Part shown: positions 1-64,000 of the stretch, in pieces
Layout: every line of letters starts with the position of its first letter
Numbering within the stretch: position 1 is the first letter of the stretch
Origin: Chrysomallon squamiferum
Taxonomy: Eukaryota > Animalia > Mollusca
DNA: 64,000 nt
Assembly: GCA_012295275.1 (NCBI GenBank)
Contig: CM022667.1
Location: 5,332,001 to 5,396,000, forward strand
Reading direction: 5' to 3'
Translations under genes and position numbers: made by a program
Notes under the pieces: generated by a model
Databases searched by the model: none
What the model saw: the letters and a program-made list of their open reading frames with translations, nothing else
What the model was told of the DNA's origin: nothing

Positions 1-586
1 AAACAATTCAAAGCATAAATATAATACTTTTATTCAGTAGTGAATTAGGCAGAAACGTTATACTTCAGGACCTAACAGTCTTATGTGGTCTGTCAAAATA
101 TCTGTATTATATTTTACGAGTAATTTCATCTAATTAATAATTACTATTAAGAAATTAGAATTTCTGAGTCGACTGGTCATGAATTTATTTCTTGTTTGAT
201 TACTCTTGAACCCGATTATTGTTGCTGTTTTGGTTTATTTTGTAATGGCTACGAACTGACTAGCTTTTAGATGAATTGTTGTGAAATATATATTTTTTAA
301 ATCCTATTAATTTTTAACAATTATCGAACAGTGCTTGACACCATTCCATGTAATATGGTTTCGTAACATATTAAATCAGGCTTCTGCTACTGATACTGAC
401 CGAAAAAAGACACAGACTTTAAAGCTTGCAACTCTAATAGTAAAGATTAAATATACATGTACAGATAATTTTTACAAAATAGTGATGAAAACTAAATAAA
501 AATAAAGAACGAATGTATGTATGTATATCTGTGTGTGTATGTGTGCGTGTGTGCGTGTGTGTGTGTGTGCGTGTTGTGATACTTAC

Positions 587-8824
<8,238 letters not shown>

Positions 8825-9706
8825 ATTATGATTTCATGTCATCATCTGAAAAATAAAAGTTCAATAAAGACATTATCTTTTCTGTAAGAAACACGTATAT
8901 ATTTATTTTTGAATTTTTGTTTTCTGCTTCGTCTGTACTGAATGTATGTATCGCATTTATCTTGACGCAAATGTCGATATAAAAAAGATAATTATTATTC
9001 ATTGAATATGTTCGTTTAATTAATTAATGTATTATTGTTGTTGTTGTTGTTATTATTATTATTATTATTATTATTTAGACATCTTTATCACTTTTAATTA
9101 GTTTGAACTGTTAAATGCTATTTATTTATATGAGCCCAGTTTCTAGAACCATATACAGTTTGTTGTATTATATTGAAGACATAATCTTAATTTCTCCCTC
9201 TGGTTGGTATTGCTGAAGTTGTGAGTAACTATATTAAAATACTGGTCAAATTTACTCTTGTTGAAACTATTCTTCAGTTACAATACTTCATGTATTCCAA
9301 ATTTTATAGTTATAAAATGAGCACTTTTATTTAATATGAATTACAACTTTATTATTATGTAGACAATTAGTTAAGTATCTGTGATTGTTAAAAAGGTCAA
9401 ACAGATGCAACTTTAGCCAACACTATATTTTGTGCTCCTTCTTTTAATATAAACAGAGATATCGTATATAATGATCGGGTGAAAAACAGATTGTCAGGTT
9501 GAACAGTATAATATTTTATTTAAGAAAACGTACCGTACTTACGACAGAGTCAAATCAGGAAAAATAATAATGTGTTACAAGTAGTAAACAAAGGATTTAT
9601 GTCAGATAACTTTTTAAAAACACCAACAACAACACCAACATCATCTGCCGATTATTCATAGACAGTCTTCGCCTGCTAATCGTCTTAGGCAGTGGTCGCA
9701 GTTGCC

Positions 9707-9714
9707 TGACGTCA
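9707..9714. promoter_or_regulatory. CRE/ATF palindrome TGACGTCA upstream of the gene 1 putative 5'UTR exon (donor near 9543)
   Basis: Exact palindrome in a locally GC-richer patch; the same motif recurs upstream of every gene in the cluster. Confidence 0.4.
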
Positions 9715-9963
9715 GCTGATGTTGCAATGTATTTATAAAATGTTCTGATCGGTATGTAACGTATTAAAGAATATTAGGTTTCGACGAGCATTCTTCCAGC
9801 AGACGTTGTAATATCGTCATCGATTGCGTCACAGACTTGTGTGCTACCGGCAGTGACGTTATTTCCTTTTATAAATCATTGTCTTGCAGAATAAAACTGT
9901 AAACGATTTTCGATCGATGCTGAATTGACAGATTTATACAAAAATAGATCAATCAATCAATAA

Positions 9964-10024
<61 letters not shown>

Positions 10025-10577
10025 GCAACAAAAACTTTCCCAATAAAATAAATATAACACATTATTCTTGACACATGATATCTGATAGAAAAGAAAAACA
10101 GAAGACAGAAATATTATAATTTTTATATACTGACTTCTCTGAAAATATCTCTTGAAAAGTCGAAATATATGTATTGAAATAAATATATATTTCTTGTTTT
10201 CATTTTGTTTCTAATATTTTGTATTACTATTATGTATTTATATGTGTCTGTCTTTTACTATTTTGATTATTATGAATATTTATTATTATTATTTTTTTTT
10301 ACATTTATTACAACAGTCAGACAAATGAATTTTTCAAAACTTTTAAACAATTGATGAACAAGAATAACACAAGGAAGAATTATTATTATTATTTATTATT
10401 ATTATTATTATTTTATTAGTGGAGAAAAAAAGCAGTGCTGTTCAATCTGAGAAAACAAATGCATGTTGTCGGATCTAGTAAAACATAAATATAATAGTAA
10501 TATAGCATGTTTGTATTGGGTTATCTTTCTAAATTTTATTAAAAATAAAAATAACAATAAGAAAAACAAGAACAAAA

Positions 10578-10632
<55 letters not shown>

Positions 10633-11531
10633 TAAACAATACATAAAATAAAATAAATATATAATTAATAAAGAAAGATAATAATAATAATAATAATTAT
10701 GATAATAATATTAATAAAAACAAACTACAGCAAAAATAAATAAATAAGTAGAAATGAAAGTCTTCACATAATGCTAAATTATGAACTTACGTTAAATATA
10801 ATATTTCATTATTTGCAATAACTAAATTATTATTGAAATATAATTTTAAATCAAGCATAACATAAAATAATAATAACAAAAATAATAAATAAAACAAATA
10901 ATATAGAATAAAATAAGAACATAGAAAAAAAGAAGAAAAAAAACGAGAAAGGAAAGAAAAATGGGGAAAAGTTTTGTACTGTTAAAAGAAAATTCAATTA
11001 TTCTTAAGTAAATAAATAAATAAATAAAAAATATATTACTAAAGACCCATTTTTGTTTTTCAAATCCACGTTGCAAATATATGTAATTACATTTTATTTC
11101 TAATATTTTAAAGTGTTCAGTCTAATGTATTAATTATTTCAAACAATTTTGGAATGTTGTTCAAATATCTCTTTCCCAGTGCTACTGTAATAATTTAACA
11201 TAATGCTCACAATTGTGTTTACATCCATTTTATTATGTTTTAGTCCACGTCTTTACATAATTATTTTAGTGTATTATTTAACATATTTACTTGTAAAGGC
11301 TGATAATGATGATGATAATGATGATGATGGAGAATATAATAATATAAACCATATGTGCTTGCATTTCTATTAAATTGCAATAAAATGTATTTCTAGAATG
11401 CTACTCAGAACACATTGAAAAACAAAAGTATATTAAAACAAAAAATGAAATGGTAAATTTAACGTCCATCGATATTATTTTCGGTTACTTTCTGAAAGAT
11501 TTCACTTTCAAGATTAATCAGTAAAAACAAA

Positions 11532-11539
11532 TGACGTCA
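11532..11539. promoter_or_regulatory. CRE/ATF palindrome TGACGTCA upstream of gene 2
   Basis: AAATGACGTCATCA...ATTA context resembles 31271 and 52600. Confidence 0.45.
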
Positions 11540-12207
11540 TCATCATTAGCCCATACAATTATGACGAAGACCATTAACTGATGGTAGCGTATGGTCGAAG
11601 CTGCTTTTTATTTACAGTATATTTTTTTGTCGAAAAATAGGCATCAGAAACAACTGAAAAAGAAAACTGTTAACAGAAGAAATTGAAGTGGAAAAATACA
11701 TCAGTACCTTCTGGGTTTGTTCTTCGTATTTTCTTATATAGATCTTTTATAACATCTATACTACAGATGTTACAATTACGCTCATTTCCACGAATCTTCT
11801 CTTTCGAAATTCTAAGTTTTGTTAACCATATGCATCTCCAAATATTCTTGACAAATAAGTGTAAAATTTGCCTTACAAAGTCATGCAAGTAAACTTACAT
11901 ATGCATTCGATAGCTCATTTATTTACATTTATTTCTCCCAAGTTTCATTGAAATTTAACGTTGCGAACATCGTTTGTTCGATTGAGAACGATGTTGAACG
12001 CAACGCTGATATGGAAATGGACGTCGCTGCTTGAGGTAATTTTTCTGTTTTTGTTGATGTGTCCTTTGGCTTCAACTAAATAAAAAGTTGTTTATGCTTC
12101 TCTTTTATACATTTTTAAGCAGATATGGACATTTGTGTCATATTTTTTCTTTTTCTTTTTCTTCATTTTTAAGCAGATATGGACATTTGTGTCATATTTT
12201 TTCTTTT

Positions 12208-12244
<37 letters not shown>

Positions 12245-12403
12245 ATCAGTATTTAGTCAATTGACATAATACAGTAGGAAAAATAAAAATAAAATAAAAT
12301 AAGAAAAAAGTAAAGACATAAAAATCAGGTACATTCTCCAGTCTGAAATTGCCATAATTCCAGTTTTCATGATATTTCCAAAACGTTCTTAGAGCTGATG
12401 TTT

Positions 12404-12438
<35 letters not shown>

Positions 12439-12511
12439 TTTTATTATTATTATTATTATTTTTTTTTGAAGCATACCTATCTATACGCACTTTCATAAGA
12501 CACAAAACAAA

Positions 12512-12576
<65 letters not shown>

Positions 12577-13175
12577 GGTGATTCTGACCATTAATAGGTA
12601 TACCTGTCTGAATATTCTGCATATCTTGATTTTTATTTACTGGTACCAATTTAGAGGTTATATTACTATAATTTTTTCCAGTGCATGTATATATGTCACT
12701 AGACGCCGAGTCATTAAGACGGTATACCAAACACTATCTAACCTAACAATCTACAGTTGAAAAAACATTACGTACCTACCAGACGTGACACTTCAGCGCT
12801 ACAGTCGTCTTCTTTAACATTACTGTTCAATAAAATCTTTATTTTATAATTCTCAAACGTCGAATAATTATATGAAGACTTTGTATTTTGGTCTACTCAC
12901 CAAAATTATATGTAAAGAAAAAATATGTTCAGTAATTATATATTATATAACGTACTACCATCTCCCAAAACAAAAGCCTTAATAATAAACAAACACAGTG
13001 TTTAAACTAAGGGGAGAAACACGAAACTGCATACATGGTGTTCTGAGCTCATTGTTTTCTTTTCTGTCTTTTTCTTTGAAAACAACCATTGATTTGAAAA
13101 AAGAAGTAATTCGTATTTAAAAAAAAGATATGTATATAAAAATATTTCTTTCCGATAACAGCTTGAAATCATATT

Positions 13176-30275
<17,100 letters not shown>

Positions 30276-30771
30276 GAAGAATAGCTAGAATTTAATGTGT
30301 ACTTTATGGTTTTGTGTGTGAGAGTGCGTCTTTTACAGTGTGCGTTTGGGTCATTATTACGTGTCAGTTTGTTTGTCTACTTTATGTTTTTATGTTTCTC
30401 CGTTTGTATTATTATTTATGATGATACTACAAATAACATTTCCTTAATGTTACTAATCCATCCTACTTGTTCGGTAGTTATATTTCAGTTTCAACAGTTG
30501 ATATTAATGTTTTTACAGTATAAATCTATGTTATAAAGTGGGTTTTTACTATTAAAAGATTACACACCAAGTTTTCTTGTCATTTTAAATCAGCTCATTC
30601 ACGAATTTCATTAGTTTAAAACGTTTGATTTATTGATTGTTTCATTGATTTGTTAAAAGATAGAACCTTAGGAAAGAACGTGCGTGCCGACAGAGATTTC
30701 TGATGATAATAATAATAATAACAATAATAATAATAATAATAATATTAATAATAATAATAATAATAATAATG

Positions 30772-30860
<89 letters not shown>

Positions 30861-31270
30861 TGTAAAATAATATAATTTGTGCAATGATTATTGAAGAAGT
30901 AGGATGAAAAAGAAAATTTGTGATCAATCTTATAAGTACTTTATGCTGTCCGCCGTATTCCAGTATAACGTGAAATCAAAATTCCAAAGAATGGACTATC
31001 ACAGATGCAGTAGTATCCAAACTGAATCAGTCTCCATTAAAAAAAAAAAAAAAAAAACAAAAATGAAATGTTATGGTGATTTCAATAAATTTATAAATAA
31101 TAGAAATGCATTTTAAAACGAAATTTAAAGAACTTATTTTTTTTTTTAGTTTATATTTAATATAGATGAATAAAACAATAAAACAAATAAAAATAAAAAA
31201 GGTCAAATTAGCGTCCATCAGTTATATTGTGGTAGACCGCAGTGTTCAACACTGATCTACGAAAAGAAAA

Positions 31271-32446
<1,176 letters not shown>

Positions 32447-33423
32447 AATCAAACTTATTCAAATTTTCAAACAGGATTAATTTTAGGCATATGCGTGCAT
32501 AATAAACTGAAATTATAATTTGTTATACGATCAGTATATTAACTTGTTTTTAGTTGACAATATTCCACGTGTCAAAACGGAACAGAAAAGAATATTCAGG
32601 CGTAGTTTGTTACCATTAAATTCGATCAATCGATTCAGTCAATTATTTTATTTTATATTATTTTTTTTTTTTTAGTAGACGCAATTTGTGCCCTTACGAG
32701 TTATCATCCCTGTTGGTCCAAGCTACCAAGCAGGTTCATTCATTCCATAAACTTAACGTCATGTACAAACTATTATGCAATGGTGGTAACTGCCTAATGT
32801 CGCTATATCTTTATTCTTGATTTTTATTTATAAATAGTATTTTGTTGATTATATCAGTGCAATTATGTTCTAATACTATTTGTTTTAATTAATCAATTAA
32901 TTAATTTTATTTATTTATTTATGTATGATTATTATTATTATTATTATTATTATTAGTAGTAGTAGTAGTAGTAGTAGTAGTACAGTTTGATGCTGTATCC
33001 TAAGTATAGTATATCAGAAAGTAACTAACTTAAAAATATATTTATCAGCGAGTTTTTCATAAGAAATTTGTCTTATGCTCTTGGATGGTACAACATATTC
33101 GTCTTTTTAAAATATGTGTAAACAAAAATGTATTCACAAATGTTTCCTGAGTGTGAATAAACAAGTGTAAATCTGCTACCATCCCACACACAGTAAGGTT
33201 AATTAATACTTTTGATAGAGATAAAAATATTCATATTATTGTATACATGCGTGCTTTGTTTATTTATGGAACTGAATATTCTTATTCTTATTCTTATTGT
33301 CAATACATTATTTTTATTCACGTGCATGTAATATTACTTGATATTATTTCTATTTCTTCATTCATTACCTAACATTTTCTTTTCATTTTCTGTGTTTTCG
33401 ATAAAACACTATCTCTACACCAG

Positions 33424-49104
<15,681 letters not shown>

Positions 49105-50559
49105 GATAGTGACGTTTCTCAATAATATAAATGAAATACTTTAAAACGATGTTTTATTTGTTGTCAATTTCAAATAGATGTGTGTGCTTCTTTTGTGTTT
49201 GTTAATTTAATGTATATTTTTATTTAGTATATGCGATTGTTTCTTTGAGTGTATGTGATGGGAATTACCAGTGTGTGTGTATGTGTGATGTCTGAATGTG
49301 TGTGTGTATGTGTTTTCTGCTAATATTACAAGATGACAATGGGAGACGGCGCTTGACAATGAATGCATAATACATATATTTTAAACATTAATGAAATTAG
49401 CTAATAATTACACACATATAGTCTGAAGTAAAATGTTATTAACTGATTAAAACTGTGTATACCGCTTGATTATTTGAACTTATCTACACAAGTAAATAGG
49501 TACATATGATAAGAAGACATTTCAGCACCTGTCAAATAATACATTGACGGTTCATACACAGATGTCATCTGCACAAAAGTAATATGCACACAATACTTTG
49601 TGATATTCAAGAAATGTGTGATTTAATGTTGTACAAAAATGTAGAGTTAAAATGACTAACCTAAGACAGCGAGAAATTTTGAATACATGTCTGTGGTTTA
49701 GTTCCCTGTTATAATTATTTTAATGATAAGTAAAGTGGGTTTAATTATTGATCTTATATCTAATCTAGTTATGTATTTGTAATTTTTTGTCATGGCTTGA
49801 AGTTAATTGTTGACTGCGACCTAATTTAGTATACGTCTTTTTAAGTATAATTTATTTACAGTCTGTAGTTCTGGTTATTGTTATATGCGAAGTTATTAAC
49901 AATGTTTAATTGAAAAATATCCTGATGATTTTGGTTTTAATTCCTTTATTCACATCTGAATCGTAAATTACTTTTTCACTTTATGTCGGAAAGTTGAACT
50001 GTTGTATTAAAAATAAGTTATATTTTCAGAATCATACTTCAGTTGCATATACAAAATATAAACTGTTTAATATATTTATTAAGCTATCTCTCAGACGTTT
50101 AATCATCTGCCTTGTTTACTAGTCACTGATTTGGGATCGACGTTGTGATCTCTCACAATGCTTCGTGGTCACAAATCGGCCTAAAACGAAGCAAAACTAT
50201 CCTCCTAATTTCCAGTCAATTCGACTTTTGATCTAATTCGTGCTAACATGTTATCCCATTCCCAAGATCTCACTAGAAAAAGCATGATATCGACCAAAGC
50301 GATGTCCATGGTTACCGCTATGTATTGTACAGTCACACTTCTGTCATTGTTTACCTCCCATCAATCATATGCTTATTTGTCATACAGCTTATAACAACAC
50401 AGGTCAAGGTTTAGTGCACACTGAATCCTCTGCTCGTTACTCAGATAAAAAATGGTTTGATCCAACATTGTTGTATATTGTATGTCTAACGGCAATAAAT
50501 AAATGAAAGAAAGGCTTATAATTATTTATACATTTTATTTCATGCAGATAATTTGATCA

Positions 50560-51742
50560 CTTCAGTTTCAGTAGATAGCCTACCGCATCTAAGAACTCGA
50601 GGGGCGTCTAGACTGTCTGCTGTAATTGATGTTTCAGTCTATCTAGTCTGTTTTCCATATCTCTGTATACACGCTTGCGGGATGGAGGAACGGCTCCAAA
50701 GTCAATCTGGGAAATCTTGTCTCTGTCTGCACACTGGATCTTCTTAATAATGTCCACAAATCGATAGATGTTCGGGTGATAGTGTCGAGCCAGTTGTGGA
50801 ATCCCTTCATATTGTTGTTGCTGTGTGGCCCATTGGGTTCATGGTGATTCCAGAGCGGCAATGGGAAGCTAACATCATCTTCTAGTTGACGACCATGTGG
50901 TCATTGAATTCTTCGGCATGAGGAACATTTGGTGTCGACTCCATGGTTTCAATCCATGCGTCTTGAATTTTGTTTTGTGGTAGTAGAGCTAGTCCCTCAG
51001 CCATGCGGATCCACTTTCGGATGAGGAGAACTTTCATATACACCAGTGCAAGTCCCAGCTCCTGCACCTCCCTCCACAACGCCTGACAATAATGGAAGTA
51101 ACACCCCGTAACTTGCGCGTTAAGAAACTCTCTCTCAAAAGAACGAATGGCAGCTAACTCGAACTTTGGTCTTGAGTTGATTGAACAGTCTGCAGTAGGT
51201 GGCTACTTGTCTGTTGCGCAGCAAGGCGAGTACTAGCGTGTATGTGGTTGACCCGCTCCTGGCATAAAGAATGTAAACATGATCCCAGAGGTCAGGACAT
51301 GAAGAAAAGGTGCCGTCCATACAGATAGTGTCGGCCGAAGTTGTTGATCAGTGGAGAAAATCAGTATCTTATCTGCATTGCCATCAGTAGTCATGATGAA
51401 AGGGTGGCCATCAGCAGTCATTGTCCACTCTCCAGTAAGGTCCACGTCGGATCCTGTCAGTGGAAGTGCAGGGATCTGCTTCCGTCGATGTGTGTACAGT
51501 GCGCTGCTCGTGCTGGGGAATGATGGCAGTACTCGGACTTGATCATATTTGACTATCTCTTCATTGTAAAGAGCATTCAACGGTGTTGTATCTTCTCTGG
51601 CGCGCTTTCACATAGTGCTGAGTAACTTCAGACGCTCTGAATGTTGTGGTGGGTGGGTGTCGTCAGTGATGTTGCTGACTTAATCACCAACGGTACTGCA
51701 TCTTCCATTGCACGTCCTGATGACACATTTCCAGTGAATACA
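50560..51742 (-). mobile_element. Decayed Mutator-like (MULE) transposase with FLYWCH-type zinc-finger remnant
   Basis: Frameshifted fragments IHWKCVIRTCNGRC...H, ILIFSTDQQL, MDGTFSSCPDLWDHVYILYA...LVLALLRNRQVATYCRLF, VTGCYFHYCQALWREVQELGL, LALLP and SNNNMKGFHN match typical MULE DDE motifs. GC content is higher than the flanks. TIRs not identified. Confidence 0.85.
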
Positions 51743-52105
51743 GCTTGTTTGTCTAGTTTCTATTTTTATGTTTCTCTGTTTGTATTATTATTTATGATGA
51801 TACTGAATATAACATTTCCTTCATGTTACTAATCCATCCTACTTGTTCGGTAATTACATTTCAGTTTCAGCAGCTGATATTAATGTTTTTATAGTAAAAC
51901 TCTTTCTTACAAAGTGGGTTTTTACTATAAATAGATTACATACAAATTTTGTTGTCATTTTAAATGAACTTTCAATCTCATTCACGAATGTTGTTAGTGT
52001 AAAACGTTTAATTTATTGATTGCTTCATTGATTTGTTAAAAAATATTCTCATGAAAAGAATCTTAAAAAAGAGCATGCATGCCGACAGAAACTTCTCATA
52101 ATAAA

Positions 52106-52160
<55 letters not shown>

Positions 52161-52599
52161 TATAAGTTGTTTAATGATTATTGGAGAAGTACGATGAAAA
52201 AGAAAGTTTCTATACAGTCCATAACTGTAACACCCCATAACTTGCGCGTTAAGAAACTCTCTCTCAAAAGCACGAATGGCAGCCGTATTCCACTATAAAT
52301 AAAAAATAAAAATTCCAAAGAATGGACTATCACAGATGCACTAGTATCCAAACTGCATCAATATACATTAAAGAAAAAAAAAATATGTTATGGTGGGCCA
52401 TCTTTGGAGATTTCAATAAATTTATAAATAATAGAAATGCATTTTAAAACGAGATTTAAAGAACATTTTTTTTTTTTTAGTTTGTATTTAATATAGATAA
52501 ATAAAACAATAAAAAAAAAAAAAAAAAAAGGTCAAATTAGCGTCCATCAGTTATATTGTGGTAGACCGCAGTGTTCAACACTGATCTACGAAAAGAAAA

Positions 52600-53671
52600 T
52601 GACGTCATTACCATTAGTACGCAAACTAGTGACGTTATCGATAACGGTATTCTAGCGTCCACCAGTGGGTTATTGTGTGACATCTAAAGTTGCAGGTACG
52701 TAACACGCCCATCAGAAGAAGTGGAGAAAAGTATTAGCAGAACAAGAAGAAGGGGCAGATACTTCGATTTCTTGCTGGGTTTGCTCTTCACATTAATTTT
52801 TCTGATATTGGTCTTATAAATACAAATAAGAAACTCATAATTTGCATACATGTTACTATAGATTTTAGAAAAAGAACACTTGTTTTAACGAAAGAGAGTG
52901 AAAAATGAATTTTTAACTCATTTCTGTCTTTATATACGGCCTATTGGCGGACCTTTAAAATCATTTTAAGTTTTCAGTTGAAAAACTGGTATCAAGCACT
53001 ATAATGAATGTATCAGAACAGTCATTCAAATAACACAAGATTAATTTGCTTTTTACATGAAAATATCACCTGTAATGGAAATGGAAATTATATATATAAA
53101 GAAAGAAAGAAAGAAAATTATAATGGTTTCAAGTATTGTTTCACAACATGCTCAGAGCTGTCACCTATGAAGTTTTGGCAGAGTAACGTGTCCACATGGT
53201 ATCTTATGAGAATAGTCATTTTCATATTCACGTACTGGTGTGTGTGAACATTTTATTATTATTATTATTATTATTTTATTATTATTATTAATATTATTTT
53301 TTTTTTTTTGTACTTATGTGCGACGTCGTAATAGTATTAAAATAGTAATAATAAAAAAATAACAACAACTAAACAATAATAAAGAAATATGTAGTACGAA
53401 ACGGGTACGAGGTGGTATGACGTCATAGTTATGGAAAATACCAAACAAATCTTTCGATATTTCCTACAGATTCTACTCAATAATGGACGTCTATGTATAC
53501 GAGGCATTGATTATATCAGGTATTTAAAAAAAGAAAAAGAAAGAAACAACAAAATAAAACCAAAAAAAAAAAACCACCGTTAATAATTCATTTAGAATCA
53601 ATTGCTTAATGAAGGAAAATATTTGTTTAAAAGTTCGTAAACAGTGACCGGCGTCGAACGCCGCCATCTTG
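52600..53671 (+). promoter_or_regulatory. Putative promoter region of gene 4 (duplicate of 31271-32446)
   Basis: TGACGTCA at 52600 and 53418, GCCGCCATCTTG at 53660. Confidence 0.45.
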
Positions 53672-54629
53672 AATCAAACTTATTTAAATTTTCAAACAGG
53701 CATCTGGAGCCATTTAATTTTATAATTTGTTATTTTATATTAACTTTCTTTTTTGTTGGTAATGTTCCAGGTGTCATAACCGAACAGAAAGCAATATTCA
53801 GGCGTAGTCTGTTATTAAATTCGATCGATCTGGAGCCATTTTATATATTTATTTATTTTATTTCATTTTTTTTTTTTTTTTTACCGATTCAAGTTATCAT
53901 CCCTGTTGGTCCAAGCTACCAAGTAGGTTCATTCATTCCATAAACTTAACGTCATGTACAAACTATTATGCAATGGTGGTAACTGCCTAATGTCGCAATA
54001 TCTTTATTCTTGATTTGTATTTATAAATAGTATTTTGTGGATTAAATCAATGCAATTATGTTCTTATACTATTTGTTTTAATTTATTTATTTATTTTATT
54101 TATTTATTTTACTCATTTTTTTATTTTTATTTTTTTTTTTTTTTTATTTTTTTATTATTATTATATTATTATTATTATTATTATTATTGCAGTTTGATAC
54201 TGTATCCTAAGTATAGTATATCAGAAAGCATCTACCTTAAAATATATTTATCAGCGAGTTTTTCATAACAAATTGGTCTTATGCTCTTGGATGGTACAAC
54301 ATATTCGTCTATTTAAAATATGTGTAAACAAAAATGTATTCACAACTGTTTCCTGAGTGTGAATAAACAAGTGTAAATCTGCTACCATCCCACACACAGT
54401 AAGGTTAATTAATACTTTTGATAGAGATAAAAATATTCATAGTCTTGTATACATGCGTGCTTTGTTTATTTAAAGAACTGAATATTGTTATTCTTATTCT
54501 TATCGTCAATACATTATTTGTATTCACGTGCATGTAATATTACTTGATATAATTTCTATTTCTTCATTCATTACCTAACATTTTCTTTTCATTTTCTGTG
54601 TTTTCGATAAAACACTATCTTTACACCAG

Positions 54630-63455
<8,826 letters not shown>

Positions 63456-63620
63456 GATAGTGACGTTTCTCAATAATATAACTGAAATACTTTAAACAGA
63501 TATTTAATTTGTTGTCAATTTCAAATAGATGTGTGTTTTTTCTCTTTGTTTGTTTGTTTGATGTATATTTGTATCTAATGTATGCGACTGTTTCTTTGAG
63601 TGTATGTGTATGGTAATTTT

Positions 63621-63664
<44 letters not shown>

Positions 63665-64000
63665 CTCTTAATATTACAAGACGACAATGGGAGACGACGA
63701 GAGACAGTGAATGCATAATACATATATTTTAAACATTAATGCATTAATAATTACACACATATAGTCTGAAGTAAAATGTTATTAACTGATTAAAACTGTG
63801 TATACCGCTTGGTTATTTGAACTTATCTACACAAGTAAATAGGTACATATGATAAGAAGACATTTCTGCACCTGTCAAATAATACATTGACGTTTAATAC
63901 ACAGATGTGATGTTCTGCACAAAAGTAATAGGTACACAAAACATCGATCTGGCATTCCCGAATCTGGCAGTGAGATTATAACAAATCTAAATTGCAGATA

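Noticed and set aside
12110-12240. ~55-bp direct tandem repeat followed by poly-T
   Set aside because: Simple local slippage duplication; no TSD-flanked retroelement could be defined.

Overview
Eukaryotic, very AT-rich, microsatellite-dense, intron-rich genomic DNA. It looks like an invertebrate animal (a lophotrochozoan such as a mollusc is plausible, but the taxon cannot be fixed from the sequence). Almost all ORFs in the supplied track are microsatellite artefacts. The real content is a tandem cluster of four paralogous genes for single-pass type I membrane proteins built from atypical, cysteine-rich immunoglobulin-like domains (pattern DC-x10-11-LxC...RP...C-x5-6-C...S(P)xx(I/V)...DEGxWxC...C). 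Each domain sits on its own 318-336 nt phase-1/phase-1 exon. The domains are joined by many 15-45 nt phase-1 microexons and followed by a Ser/Thr stalk, a TM exon and a short tail with NPAF and, in two genes, a VIYETF tyrosine motif. Gene 1 (minus strand, ATG 8824, 5 Ig exons) runs off the left edge. It is head-to-head with gene 2 (plus strand, 13176-30275, 9 Ig exons of which 4 are disrupted). Gene 3 (about 33.4-49.1 kb, 6 Ig exons) and gene 4 (about 54.6-63.5 kb, 2 Ig exons) are recent segmental duplicates with identical tail exons but diverged ectodomains. Also present are a 707-bp Tc1/mariner (Tigger/pogo-like) MITE and a decayed FLYWCH-MULE transposase. All gene models were assembled by eye from splice signals and paralog alignment; no transcript or database evidence was available.
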